NCBI GenBank assembly: GCA_013239625.1
Contig: MU053645.1
Span: 1,666,274-1,730,273 of the forward strand
Direction: 5' to 3'
DNA length: 64,000 nt
Source of the DNA: Lama guanicoe
Lineage: Eukaryota
The notes under the pieces were generated by a model. It had not been told where the DNA came from, made no database searches, and saw only the letters and a program-made list of their open reading frames with translations. Made by a program: the position numbers and the translations under genes. Below are positions 25,165-38,600 of the stretch, piece after piece. How positions within the stretch are numbered: the stretch's first letter is position 1; each line of letters opens with the position of its first letter.

Positions 25165-25519
25165 CAGTTGACCCTTGAACGACACAGATTTTAACTGCAT
25201 GGGTCCAATTTTGTGCAGATTTTTTCAATAAATATATTGGAAAAATTTTTTGAGATTTGCCATAACTTGAAAAAACTCACAGATAAACCAAGTAGCTTAG
25301 AAATATCAATAAATTAAGAAAAAGATATGCTATGAATGTATAAAATATGTAGGTGTAGCGTAGAAAATGTGTTAATCAACTGTTTATGTGATTGGCAAGG
25401 TTTCCAGTAAACAGTAGGCTACTAGGAGTTAAGTTTTAGGGGAGTCAATAGTTATACGTGGATTTCAGACTGTGCAGGGGGTCAGCATCCCTAACGCCTG
25501 CATTGTTCAAGGTCATCTG
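25165..25519. mobile_element. Tigger2a/MER8-type element nested in Tigger1
   Basis: TIRs cagttgacccttgaac ... gttcaaggtcatctg followed by TA; the host sequence resumes afterwards. Confidence 0.75.
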
Positions 25520-25595
25520 TACTGTAGTCTGTTAAGTGTGCAGTAGCATTATGTCTGAAAAAATGTACATACCTTAATTTAAAAACACCTTATTG

Positions 25596-25753
25596 GTCCC
25601 TCTCTCTCCCTCTTCAGAGAGGGCCCACATTCTGTCTATGGAGTGTGTACCTACTTTTAATCTGAGCACCCAACCCCCACAGCTTGTGGCCTTTCTCTTG
25701 CCTTTCAATGTATCCCTTTGAATAAATCTACCTTTGCTCAAAAAAAAAAAAAA
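25596..25753 (+). mobile_element. Polyadenylated retroposed fragment resembling an LTR R region
   Basis: AATAAA 25721-25726, A14 tail 25740-25753, TSD caccttattg at 25586-25595 and 25756-25765. Confidence 0.7.
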
Positions 25754-26099
25754 CCCACCTTATTGCTAAAAAAATGCTACCCATTATCTGAGCCTTCAGT
25801 GAGTTAATCTTTTTGCTGGCAGAGGGTTTGAAATATTATAAGAATTACCAAAATGTGACACAGAGACACAAAATGATCATATGCTGTTGGAAAAATGGAG
25901 CTGATAAACTTGCTCAACACAGGGTTGCCACAAACTTTCAATTTGTAAAAAACAAACAAACAAAAACCCCAAAGCACACTTCTGCAAAGCGCAATAAAGC
26001 AAAGTACAATAAAATGAGGTATGTCTGTACATATCTTTTCCCACAAAAAGGGAATTATGCTGTTCGGACCTATTTGAAACGTCGAGTATCATGTTACCA

Positions 26100-27010
26100 T
26101 CCCTTTCTTACCCTCCACAGGAAGTGGAGGCTGTTTTCTTTGCTACAGCATAAACTTCCACAAGCAAAACAGTAGGTGTGAGGTGAGAAAAAAATCACAG
26201 GTCAGTGTAACCAGAGGATTAGAGACTTAGAAGTAACCATGTTGGCCACCAAGACCTAACTCTTGCTTGAAACAATTGTCCAATTGAGTTATTCAGTCCC
26301 TTGCAGAGACCTGCTGTGTATACTGTGCCTAAGCCTTACTCCCTGTAACTTCTATCCCATAGTCCTAGGACTGTATGCTGGAGACACACACAGCATGGGT
26401 TATCCCTGCTCCAGTATTTGAAGACAGCTGCTGTGTACCTGCTCCCGCACCTCCACGACTTCTCCTTATGACAGTTCTCAGATCATTTGGACCCAAGTTA
26501 CATGCATGGAGAACCATCCTGGTGCTGATGTGCTCAAATTTTCTCATTATCAAATCTCTTTGGATCCTGATTCTTTCCTACAACACATTCGCTCTCATTC
26601 TGGTATTGCCATTAGGAAATTTGAGAAAGATTCTGCACATCCACGATAAATTCAACAACCCCTGCATTTGTGCACTAATCCAGCACAAGATTAGGCCCAT
26701 TGCAAAGGGCCTAAAGGGAAGCATGAACATCTTTAGATGAGCCGGTGTGGACAATAACTGCCATTGTTCAGTTGCATCTAGTAACCATTCTTTTCATTAA
26801 TGTACTGATTCTACCCTCAGCAGTGTAAGTGCTAAACTGAGTGGGAGCAGATGAGAGGTACATGGCAGGAGATGAAAGCTGTTAAGTGAATACTCATAAG
26901 ATGAGAAAAATGATTGCCCACCTGGAGTAGTTTTATCCTGCCTTTCTTAAATATATAATATGAGGATCTTCTTCTAGTCACTAGATTCACTTGCCTGTCC
27001 AAGGGGGAGA
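26100..27010 (-). mobile_element. L3/CR1 LINE relic
   Basis: Minus strand encodes ANVL*ERIRIQRDL and VLH(AC)NLGPN, resembling CR1 RT C-terminal motifs (..EDR..IQRDLD; KVLHLG). Confidence 0.55.
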
Positions 27011-27089
27011 ATTTTTTTCCCAATAAGTCCACTATAAGCATTGAGATTTAAGTCCTGAGTCAATTTATTAATTGCAAATCTGGAGGGAT

Positions 27090-28120
27090 AATATCATCGA
27101 GATTGCAACATATGTCACTCCTGACTTTATTCCCGCTCATAAGAAGACCCACTAGCAATTATCCATAGACAAGACACCACTGTAAAAATTCCAGAACCCA
27201 GGGGTGAGGCTGAAACCTCACTTGCACCACAGAGACCAAGAAGGACTGCATATTAGAAGGAAAAGAGGAGCAGTTACACTCTGATCACACCGTCCATCCC
27301 TCAGGCTGGTAAAGCACTACACCAGGATGTTTATCCACTGAAACAGTTTCTCCACTGTGACAAAGATCAAAAGGTGGACATTCAGCTTCTCCAGTGTTGC
27401 TGGACGTTTCCCAGGAAGCTCACATGGGTCTTACCTCACAGGGATCACTGGGAAAATCTTCAGGGCTCAACCACTGGGGGACAGATAGAGATGGAGAAGG
27501 GAAGCAGGACTTTCAACAACCAGCACTCAGATCAAGGCACACTGCATTCCTGCTTGCAATGGTGCCTAAGCAGACATCCTAGTCAGTGGTTTTGCTCATC
27601 TGCAAAGGTGAGCTGGTGGCCACATCTGGCCAGGGAGGTTGGTTGGCAGTTCTGCCTGATTTGGATCCTCAGCCAATGAGCCACATGGGCTGTGGAGTCC
27701 CTTCTATGGGCAGAGAAGCAAATTCAGATCCCCACCCAACAGCTGAGTATGACTGCTAGTCTCACCTGACCAGGATGCTTGGCTAGAGAATTCAGCCAGC
27801 AATGGAGCCCATCTTACAGCCCTGCTTGGGTGGGGAGTAAACTATGGGTCAACATACAAAAATCAGTATATGATACACCGCATTAACAGAATGAAGGATA
27901 AAAATCACATGACCATCTCAATAGATACCAAAAAAGCATTTGAAAAGTTCAAATCTTTTCAAGATAAAAACTCTCAACAAATTAGGTAGGGAAGGAATGT
28001 ACCTCAACATAATAAAGTCCATATTTGATAAGACCACAGCTAATATCATACTCAAAAGTGAAAAGCTGAAAGTTTTTCCTCTACGATAAGGAACAAGACA
28101 AGTCTGCACACTCGTCATTG
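27090..28120 (+). mobile_element. Probable L1 5' region joined to an L1 ORF2 fragment
   Basis: 27845-28100 is clear L1 ORF2 (cacatgaccatctcaatagat...aaagcatttga). 27090-27840 resembles an old L1 5' UTR (weaker call). Confidence 0.5.
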
Positions 28121-30270
28121 TACTGGAAGCTTTGATTAACGCACAAAACAAGAAAAATAGAAGTATACAGACTGGGAGGAAGACATAACACTGTTTTTGT
28201 TCACAGATGACATGATAGTCTATGTACAAGATCTGAAGGAATCAACAAATGCCTGGAATTAACAAGTGACTATAGCAAGATTGCAGGATACAAATACATA
28301 TGAGTCAACTGATTTTCTATATACCCCAATGAACAAGTCAAATTTGAAATGAAAAAAAATACCATCTACATTAGTACCCCAAATATGAAATAATTAGGTC
28401 TAAATCTAGCAAATTATTGCAATATCTATATGAGCAAAACTACAAAACTCTGATGAATGAGATCAATGAAAAACTAAGTTAAGGAAGAGATATTCTATAT
28501 TTATAGATAGGAAGTCTCAGTACATCAGGATGTCAGTTCTTCCCAAATGAATGTATAGAGTCAATGTAATCCAAATCAAAATACCAACAAGTTGGTTTGT
28601 GTATATTGACAAAATGATTCTAATGTTTATATGGAGAGGCAAAAGGCCCAGAACAGCCAACACAATATTGAAGGAGAACAAAATGGGAGGACTGACACTA
28701 CCCAACTTCAAGACATACTATAAAGCTACAGTAATCTAGACAGTGTGACATTGACAAAATATTGGACGAATGGAATAGAACAGAGAACCCAGAAATAGAC
28801 CTACATAAATATAGTCAACTGATCTTTGACAAAGGAGCAAAGGCAATAGAATGGAGAAAAGATAGCCTCCACAATAAATGGTACTGGAATAACTGGACAT
28901 CCATATGCAAAAAAAAATGAATACAGACATCGACCTTATACAATTCATAAAAATTAAGTCAAATGGATCACAGACCTAAATGTAATGTGCAAACTATAAA
29001 ATTCCTGTCAAATAACATAGGACAAAATCTAGATGATCTTGAGTTTGGCAATGACTTTTTAGTTGTAAAACCAAAGGCAAAATCGATGAAAGAAAGAACT
29101 GATAAGCTGGACTTCATTAAAATTAAAAATTTCCACTCTGTGAAAGACACTGTCAGGGGAATGAAATGACAAACCATAGACTGAGAGAAAATATCTGCAA
29201 TGGATAGCAGATAAAAGGCTGTTATCTAAAATATACAAAGGTCTTTTAACACTCAAAAATAAATCACAAACAACCTGATTTTAAAATTGGCCAAAGACCT
29301 TAACAGACACCTTACCAAAGAAGATATACAAATGACATATAAGCGTATCAGAAGATGTTCCACTTCATATGTCATGAGGTACCTGTAAACTGAAACAATG
29401 AGATGCCACCACACACCTATTAGAATAGCCAGTTCAGAGCAATGACAACATCATATGCTGATGAGGATGTGAAGCAAAAAGAACTCTCATTTATTGCTGG
29501 TGGGAATGCAAAATAGCACAACCACTTTAGAAGACAGTTTGGTGGTTTCTTTGAAAACTACACATACTCATATCATACTCAATCATACTCCTTGGTATTT
29601 ACTCAAAGGAGTTGAAAACTAATACCCAAACAAAAACCTGCACATGGATGTTTATAGCAGATTTATTCATAATTGCCAAAACTTGGAAGCAACCATGATG
29701 TTTTTCAGTAGGTGAAGGGATAAACTGTGATCTATCTGGACAATGGAATATTATTCAGAGCTAAAATTTAATGAGCTGTCAAGCCATGGAAAGAAATGGA
29801 GGGAACTTAAATCCATATTACTAAGTGAAAGCCAATCTGAAAAGACTACTTACTGGATAATTCCAATTATATGACATTTTGGAAAAGACAAAACTATGGA
29901 GGCAATAAAAGACAAATTTTAGGTTAGGTGGAAGGGAGGGATGTATAGGCAGAGCACAGAGGATGTTTAGGGTTGTGAAATTACTCTGCATGATATTATA
30001 ATAGTGGGTATATGCCATTATACATTTGTCCAAAACCATAGGATATTCAACATCAAGAGGGAACCTTAGTGTAGACTATGGACTCTCCGTGATAATGATG
30101 TGTCCATGTAGGCTCATAAGTTGCAACAAATGTACCGTTCTGGTGGGTGATGTTGATAATGAGGGAGGCTATTTATGAGTAGGGGCTAGGGGCATATGGG
30201 AAATTTTTGTACCTTCTCCTTGATTTTGCTGCAAACCTAAAACTGCTCTATAAAATATACTCTGTTTTTA
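28120..30270 (+). mobile_element. L1MC-type LINE, ORF2 3' half and 3' UTR
   Basis: Decayed ORF2 ([34 protein letters not shown]) and an L1MC-type 3' end. Confidence 0.85.
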
Positions 30271-30812
30271 AAAAGACAGTTTAACTTTTATAAATTTAGT
30301 ATTAATAGAATTTCAGGCATCACTGAGGAGAGTGTTTTAAACAATCTAATTTTTGTGAGGAAAAAAATTGGTGTCATTCTGAATAGTTTTTCTTAGAAAC
30401 AAAGTAGAAACCTGATTTTTAAAAAGAGAAATCAGTTTCTGGTATAATGAAACTTATGCTTTATGAATGTAAAATTTGTTGTTCAAATCAAGAAAAATAT
30501 ATTTAATCATTTCTTCTGAGTGTTCTGTGACAGCATTTTGTTTCAAAGTTGATATTACTAAGGCAAATATAAGGGGAGGATGAGGAAGATATGCAGATTT
30601 AGCATTTATTAGTATTATACACTCTCCAGCTAAGCAGCCACTTTACTGGATTTAGAGGGTGGGTGGAGTTTGCTTAGACTGGAATGTTCTTGGGCCTTTC
30701 CTCTATAACTCTTGTGCAAGATACCCACACTTCACTATTGACACGAACAAGGCAAGGATTGGGATGAGAATTTGGTCAAATTATAGTTTTGTTTTACAAA
30801 AAAAAGTGGGTT

Positions 30813-30938
30813 GGGGGGAGGGTATAGCTCAAGTAGTAGAGTGCATGCTTAGCATGCACAAGGTCCTGGGCTCAATCCCCAGTACTTCCCCTAAAAATAA
30901 ATCTAATTACCTCCCCCCAACCCCCGCCAAAAAAAAAG
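30813..30938 (+). mobile_element. Vic-1-type SINE
   Basis: ggggggagggtatagctcaagtagtagagtgcatgcttagcatgcacaaggtcctggg... with C-rich and A tail. Confidence 0.8.
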
Positions 30939-31599
30939 TTAATGGGTTAAAAAATTAAGTCAGGATGAAAGAGCAGGCAGGATGGAATAGTGTAGTGTAG
31001 AGATTTTTTTTTAAATATATTTTTTTGCAAAATTTGGAAATGAGCCAGTCCAGGACTCCTCAAATCACTGTGGTAACCGGCCAGTAGAGTAAAACGTAAA
31101 CTAGGAGTAAAGAATGAGCAACACAAGGGCCCTTAGAGTCATCTCTTCCAGTACCCTCGTGTTCTAGATGATCTCCAAGGCTCACAATTACATTATAATG
31201 AAGAGCATGCCAGGAAAACAGTTGGAAGAACCAAACTAAAACCCAGGCTCCCTCTGAGACTTATGATCTTGCCCCTTTTCACCACAAAGCTTCTATGGCC
31301 AGACCTTTAAAATGACGCTTGGTTTCCACACGTAAAATGAAAGTTTAACAGCCTCTTTATCTCCTTCACGTTGTGTGGCGGATTCACTTAAAAGAAAAAA
31401 ACCCTCGAAATAGAATTCTGAATTTCCCTAACCCAGTTGGTTCTTCATTTCAAAGGCTACATGAGGTGAAACAAACAAGAAATAATGCTCCTTTTCCTTC
31501 CTAAATGGTTATTTAAATGTTTTCTTTTTCCCCAGCGGAGAGAAGCTAGTAGCTTTGGACCGTTCCTTGCCTGTGAGGGAGGAACAGGACTTGAGAATA

Positions 31600-32000
31600 T
31601 TAATTGCAACCTCCTAAGGGGCTTCGAGCCTTCAAAGAAGGGTATGAGCCCCGAGCCTCCTCATGGAGATTCCCGGCCTCCCGCCTCTGTCACCAAACGG
31701 TACGTTGCTGCTTGCCTTTCCTGCTCTTTTGGTTCCCATGGTATCCTGAGCACATGACCTGTCCTGCTACCCGGGAGACCGGCTACCCTTTCTTTTCAGG
31801 TTTTGGACTCTTCTACCTGGCCTCATTGGCAGGGGTGCACTTTGGGTTGGTTTTATCATCTCCATGGTTGTGTCCAACCCCTTCGGACTGATCTCCCCTC
31901 CTGCCCCGTCCCCCATGGTATGTCCCAGAACCAGATTGGAGAGGCAGAGGGGCTTCACTAACAGACACAACCGCTGGCCGAGGACTGGAAGGAGGTGAGG
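31600..32000 (+). promoter_or_regulatory. Candidate promoter and non-coding first exon(s) of the TCP11X gene
   Basis: Modest CpG enrichment. Candidate donors aacg|GTACGT (~31700) and ggag|GTGAGG (~31995). X-box-like GTTCCCATGGTATC at 31732-31745. Confidence 0.4.
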
Positions 32001-32504
32001 GCCAGGGTTCGGCGGGCCGTGGAGGTCTCTTGCTGCCTGAATCCAGCTGCCAGCCCTCTTCATAACCAAAGGCGAGTCTGGGGTGGACATTGAGGAGGAA
32101 GAGGGTTATTTCTAGACTAATTAAAGACAGCTGGAGTTGAAGTTTCCTCTCCCAGCTCAGCCAGTACTGTGTAGTATGCCCTCTGACAAGTCATTGTCCA
32201 CCTCTGGGCGTTGATTTTCTCTTCGGCTTGACCAACGCTAAACTTCTTTGATTTCGGGAAAGGCAGCCTGGCTGGTCCCAAATTCTCCTTCCCCCAAGGC
32301 TGTTTGTGGAACCTGGCTGTTCCAAAGAGAACCCCTTGAAGCCCTCCTCCCTAACTTCCTCAACTGGGAGCAGCAGGTTCAGGCATTATGGCACAGGGTG
32401 GCAGTTGAAGAGCCCTCCTCCCCCGCATCCCTGGGTCAGAGCCAAATTTTACACCACCATCAGCTTGCCTCTTTCTTTTCTCCCCAGTTCCAGATACCAT
32501 CAAG

Positions 32505-32631
32505 ATGCCCAAGATTGAAAAAACCGTGCTCCAAAATGATCCCAATGAAGCAGAGAGTGGAGCCCGTAAGCCTAAAACACCAGGGCAGAGTCAGGAAAAC
32601 AAGAGCTTCTGTTTAGATGACCACTGTCCTG
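32505..32631 (+). CDS. TCP11X2: TCP11X coding exon 1
   Basis: Acceptor AG 32486-32487, ATG in caagATGC, donor GTACGT at 32632. Confidence 0.88.
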
Positions 32632-35600
32632 GTACGTGTAGAATTCTATCATCACTTCTTTGGGTAGTGCTTGAAAGCAGTTAGGTTAAAGGAATAGATA
32701 GCTTGTGACTTAAGTGCCTTTAAGGAGCATAGAATGCTCTTGCAACCTTGCATTTTCCCCTCCTCATCCCTCTGGTACTCCTCTTTTAGATTATTCTTTT
32801 CCTTGTCTTTTGTTCCCTCTAATCTTTACATATTGGACCTAGGCCTCCAGATTGGCAAGTGAAATTAAAAGATATTTTGGCTGTAGAAATAGAGGCCAAG
32901 AAACATAGAGACTTGTGTTTGACATAATGACAAGACTTGAGAGTGTCTAAGTTAGTTCAAAACATAGGAAATAGATTGCATTCTTATATTTTGATTTTAT
33001 AGATTGTAAATGGTAGATCCAGGATGAATTTGAAAGAATTCTAATTATCTAGTGCTGGAATTGTGTTCTATCCTTTTCCAGCAACACTTGTTGGCATAAG
33101 AATTATCACTGCTATAGGGTAAATTTTTTTAGATCTGTAATAGTGCTTTTCTGTATACACCTAGGCATGAGGTATCTTCCACGCCTTATGGTAGGCATTT
33201 ATTTGAGATTCTGGTTTGATTGGTCCAACCTCATAGGAACTCAAATTGCAATTCTCTTACTATAATCTACAATGAATTTAACCAAACATCAATCTGAAGA
33301 TCTGTTCAAATGTGGTGACTTTGATCTAAACTTTTGAAGACAGAAATGGGAAGAATAGTCGGAAGCCACAATACTGTTAAGTTGAATCCTGTCTGTCTGT
33401 CTAGTGGCCATTTAGGGTCACTGTCAGTAAACAGAATGGCATAATTATTAGTTTATAGTGTCTCTTAAATAAATGGCTTACTGAATTGATTAAAAGATAC
33501 ATTTTAACAAATATGTAGCTTTTTAGTTAGGGTAGGAAGGAAATGTAGATTGGTGGTACCAACTTTTGTTGAAAGACTTTTTAAATGAGAAGTAAATATG
33601 CATAAGTAGATCATCTCCTTGCTGAAAGTTTTAGAATTCTTTTATGTGAGTCTTATATTTTGGTTATAAATAGTTCTCTCTGAACAAATTATGGAACAAT
33701 ATTGAAAGTGAGTGAGAAAATAGTTTTATTGCATGCTTTATTTTGTATATCAATTAATAATTATAGCTACTATGTGTGCTTACTGTGTATCTCAGCTGTA
33801 ATTAAGCAATCTTTACAGCTATCCCTCTGTATCCACGAGAGATTGGTTCCAGGACCCTCCACCCCTCAGGATACCAAAGTCCTGGTGCTGAAGTCCCTTA
33901 TGTAAAATGGCGTAGTATTTGCATATAATCTACTTACAGCCTCCTGGATACTTTAAATCATCTCTAGATTACTTATAATGCAAAATTCAATGTAAATGTT
34001 ATGTAACTACCATTGGGGAAAAATTCAAGTTTTGCCTTTTGGAATTTTCTGGCATTCTTTATTTTAATATCTTTGATCCCATGGATGTGGGAACCTGCGG
34101 ATGTGGTGGAGGTGGGGTTGGACGGGTTGGCGGGGGTTGGTGATTACATGATGAACTCAGAACAGTGGTTCAGAAATTCTGGTGCTAGTGTGTGACAAAG
34201 TTCTTACCAATCTCGAATGAAATAAAACAAAGATATTGCAAATGAACTTTTAAAATAAAGTTAAATTGATGCAATTTAAATGGTTGCTGTATTTTGACTC
34301 GTTTCTTTTTTGCCCTTTGAAATGCTAAAATACACGTTTTAAATGAAATGATTATTTGGATGATGGTAAGGTGAGTTTTTTTTTCTTTTTTGCCGCAATG
34401 CCTATATGTGGAAAAATTAAAGTTGGCAAATCACTGTCAGTCACTCATTTCTGTGTATGTGAAATTGTATTGGTCTGCGGAATCTCCAGATTTTAGAACA
34501 ATGTTTGAAGAACGGTTCAGCTTTAGAGCCATCTTGTAAGATTTGTGGTGTTATCTGTAAGAAGACTCATTTTATGTCTCTCCCTGTCTCAGAGGTAGGA
34601 AGAGGATAGTAGAAACAGTGAGTTTTCGATAAAGGTTTATTTTATAAACCATAACTTACGCACCGTTTCTTTGCTGTGTTTTACTGATTGTTTTTACACT
34701 TCAGGCAAAAGGTTTTGAAATCATCTTCACTAATGTTTTTCGTAAACTAACTTCCTTATGTCTGACCTCTCCGAGTTTCCAGAGATGTTGAAGAGCAAAG
34801 AGTTCAGAAAACCTTAAATACTGAAATGATTGAGTTTGTGTAAGATCTGTTTGATAAATCTAAATTTGAGGGTTTTACAGGGCTTAGTGAATCTCTAAAT
34901 AAAATAAAAATTCTTTTTGTGTGAGTTCCCTGTTGATGACTGCTATGCCTTTTTCCAGAGAGTCAACATGAAGTTCTTTCTGTCACAGATCTGATAGAGA
35001 CAGTTAACGAAGTTTCTAAGCTTAGCATTGCTCATGAAATCGTGGTAAATCAAGATTTTTATGTGGAAGAGAGTGTATTACCTCCCAACAGGTACAGACT
35101 CTTCTATTTTTTTCCATTTTACTCCTCCTGGCATAGGTACATAGCACAAATGACTTTTGATCAGGTTTGAAGCATTTTTATTAATACAGTTAATGTTTGA
35201 GTATGTCTTAAATGGTACCAACAAATAAAACAGAGGAGTAATCAGTGTAATTATTAGTTTAATAGCGTGAAAGCAGAATAATTATATTTAAACAGGGAAT
35301 AAATCAATGCAGTTACTGTCAGAATGTTAATTTTGGTATCCCAGTTAGCAGTGAAACACAGTGAATTTCACATCTTCTCAGACAGCTTTGAAGGAAGTAG
35401 CTCCTAGAAGTTCATTATTCTTTTAATTATCTACAGATTGACCAAAGTAGGGGTGAAAAGATTGCCTTTCTAATAGTGGTATTGCCAACTCTTCATGGGA
35501 TAAGCGATGTCAGGGAACATTTTTGCTTCATAATCAGCTTAATAAAAATTCTGTGAACCCAAAATTCTGTGAGCCCACTAATAAATAATGTCCCTCTAAC

Positions 35601-38600
35601 GTTAGACTTTATTCTGCTTCTTATTATATTGATATTACAATACATAAATAGGAGTCATTCAATAAGTATGAATTGAATACTTCTAATGATTTGTTAATAG
35701 TTAGATGGGTAAATTTCTTTGTCAGAAACAATATTGTATATAGCATTTCTAATTTGCAACTTTAAAAAGTGGCTTCTATTTTGCCACTTTACGGATTCTA
35801 TTACATAAGCACCTTGCTCTGTCAGTTTTTCTCCCGGTCTTCACACTTCTTAGTTTGCCAACAGGTACCCATGCCGGGCACAACTTCACTGAAGGGGGCT
35901 TTCACCAAAACACAGACCTGCTTGTATCTTCCTCGGTGTCTCTGGAGCCTTAGTTAGATTTATTTTTTCTACTAGCTGGGGTGCAGAGAAAGTAAAACTA
36001 GGGAGGGGAGTGAAGGTCTATTAAAGTGAGGGGTGGGTAAATGAAGCAGAGGTAATACTATTCAGAGCTTGGTTTTCATTGTTTTGTTATTAACAGCCTT
36101 ATTCTAGTGTAGTAATGCAAAAAAGTATACCGGAAAAGAGATTGAATTAGAATTTGGGGTTATCTGTTATCTATAGATAATCAATGATTGGTTTCATCTT
36201 TGGGCTTATAAAATCATATTAATTACAGTTATGGATTCCTGACAAGGGAAATCTCCTTGTCAGGTACTCATTCAACAGATTTTATTGAGTACTTACTTAC
36301 TAGGTGGATGGCAAAATGTTAAATGATGGGGACATATAGATGAGTAACATGCTGGCTTTGCCATCAAGAAGCTTCTGTAGGAGAAACAGTCAAATAATAG
36401 ATAGCTCCTGTGCAGTGATAAATTCTCTCACACCTAGTATATGGAGTTCTATGTTCATGTTTAGCTGCCTGAGGAGGATCAGGGGAGCCTTTCCTGGTAA
36501 GGTGACACTGTATGAATAGGTGCTTTTCAGATGGTCTAGGGGGAAAAGGATTCTCCTGGAAGTGGAAGTGACATGTCAGAAGCATAGAATGGTGGAAGAT
36601 GATTATATATGCATTATAAGTAGTTTGTTATTGTTGAAGAACAGTGTTAGAAGGAGGTTGACGATAAGGTAGGAGACGTAGCAGATTAGGATCATGAAGG
36701 GTCTTAGAGGCCAGGTATCCTGCTGGTGATGGGAAGCTTCTAAAGGACTTTAAATGAGCATGTCGTTGTGGTCAGATTTTTATCTTAGAAAAATCATTGG
36801 TTTTAGCAAGAATATGTGGCATTGTGGGAGTAATACTTTGTTGGGGCAAGAAGGCCAATTACTAGACTATTGCAATAGACCAGATGGGGATGGATTCCAG
36901 AGATATTTAGGAAGCAAAATCTCTGGGATTTGGTGACCAAGTGCATAAAAAGGATGAGGGGAAGTAATTATTACACACTAGATGAATAATATTTGGTGAC
37001 ATCTCACAAATGGGATTGGTGTGTTGGGGGAGGAACTTTGACTTTTTTCATTTATCTTTGTATTGCTTGTAAAAATTTTAACAGAAGCATGCATTACTAT
37101 TGTATTTTTTAGTGGGGAAAAGGATAAGCTTTATGGCTTGCATGAATAAGGAACAGATTTGCGAGGGGAAGATAATGAGTTCAATTTTAGGCTTGCTGAG
37201 TTTGAGGTGCGTGTAAGATTTTCAAGTGTTATCAAGAAGGAAAATCCTTCACTGGCTTTTAAGACTGAAGGAAAAGATCATTTAGTTCAAAGATGTAAGT
37301 CTATGGATACAGAAACCAAGGCACACACATTTAGATGGATGAAGAACCTCGACTAGAACTCAGGGACTCAACCTTTAGTTCATGGTTCTTCTTATTGCAG
37401 GAAGAGAGCCTCTCTGGAACCATGAGGTATCCTTCTGAGAAAATTTGGCCAATGCTTTTACATCTGAGACTAAACTCAGTTTATTCAACTCTGCTGAAGT
37501 CTAAACATAGCTCCTGTCCTGTCAATGTAATGGTCCTTCATTATCTTAAATGCTGTTTTGGATTTAGGAAATCATGATCCTATATCAGTTCTATGGGTAA
37601 AGAGCAATTTGCTCATTTAATCTTCTTATAGTCTTGAAGGCAGGATTATGGAGATGATGTACAATGCTTTTTGGGACCATCTGGAAGACCAGCTATCAAG
37701 TATTCCCCCCGACTTCACTTGTGCTCTTGAACTTCTAAAAGAAGTTAAGGAGGTGAGTAACCAACCTCCCATTTGTGGATAGCAAGTTCCTGAGCATCCT
37801 ATACCTTTTGATTGCTGATGGCTACCAATATTCTAAACATGTCCACTATTTAAGTAGATCGTATGGAAAAGCTTCCATTCTATTTGTATGAGATAAAACT
37901 TGAAAGTTGTGATCTTGCTATAATGACACAGTATATCATTTAATGAAACAGGTTTTCACTGAACCCCCATTATGTTTTATGTGTTTCAGAAGCACGTAGA
38001 TGAATAAGAGAGCCCTTGCCAACAAGGAACTTATATTTTTGAGTCAAAAGTTTATTTTAAGTGATCCTTAATAGTTTCTTTGCCTTCTGAAATAAGACAA
38101 TTTAATAATGTCTTTATCCTTTATTTAGAATGTCTCATTCAGACCCACAGACACAGAAAACAAACTTATGGTTACCAGGTGGGAAAGAGCGGGGAGTAAA
38201 TTGGGAGTTCAGGATTAGCAGATACTAACTACTATGTCTAAAATACATAAACAGCAAGGTCCTACTGTATAGCACAGGGAATTATATTCAATATCTTGCA
38301 ATAGCCTATAATGAAAAAGAATACTATACATATATATATGTATAAAATTGAATCACTATGCTGTACACCAGAAATTAACACAACGTTGCAAACTGACTAT
38401 ACTTCAATTTGAAAAAAAGAATGCCTCAGCCACCTTGTGGTGGTGCACTTCTTTTATCACACTCTTGTTTTCAGTCATATCTTTATCTCATTCTGTCCAG
38501 AAAGTAATATGGTGCTACTGTTCCTACTGATCCCAGTGAAGCCTTAAATTATAATTGGCCCCTAAACAGAGGAAAATAATATTCCCTATAAAAAATTTGG

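Larger units (their letters stand above)
25041..26027. mobile_element. Internally deleted Tigger1-type transposon with both terminal inverted repeats
   Basis: caggtatacctc at 25041 and gaggtatgtctg ending 26027 followed by TA. Both Tigger1 ends are recognisable; it contains two nested inserts. Confidence 0.8.

Noticed and set aside
26375..26740. 121-aa ORF with ATG
   Set aside because: Lies antisense to a CR1/L3 relic; no splice or family support.
32248..32616. 122-aa ORF overlapping TCP11X exon 1
   Set aside because: Wrong frame; the TCP11X frame starts at ATG 32505.
35545..35577. Short tandem duplications (aaaattctgtga(a/g)ccc x2; tcttcaagcctt x2 at about 40009-40034)
   Set aside because: Ordinary slippage duplications in introns; not a spaced repeat array.
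36238..36264. 10-bp-stem hairpin cctgacaagg...ccttgtcagg
   Set aside because: Too short for a pre-miRNA, intronic, next to an L2 end; no other support.
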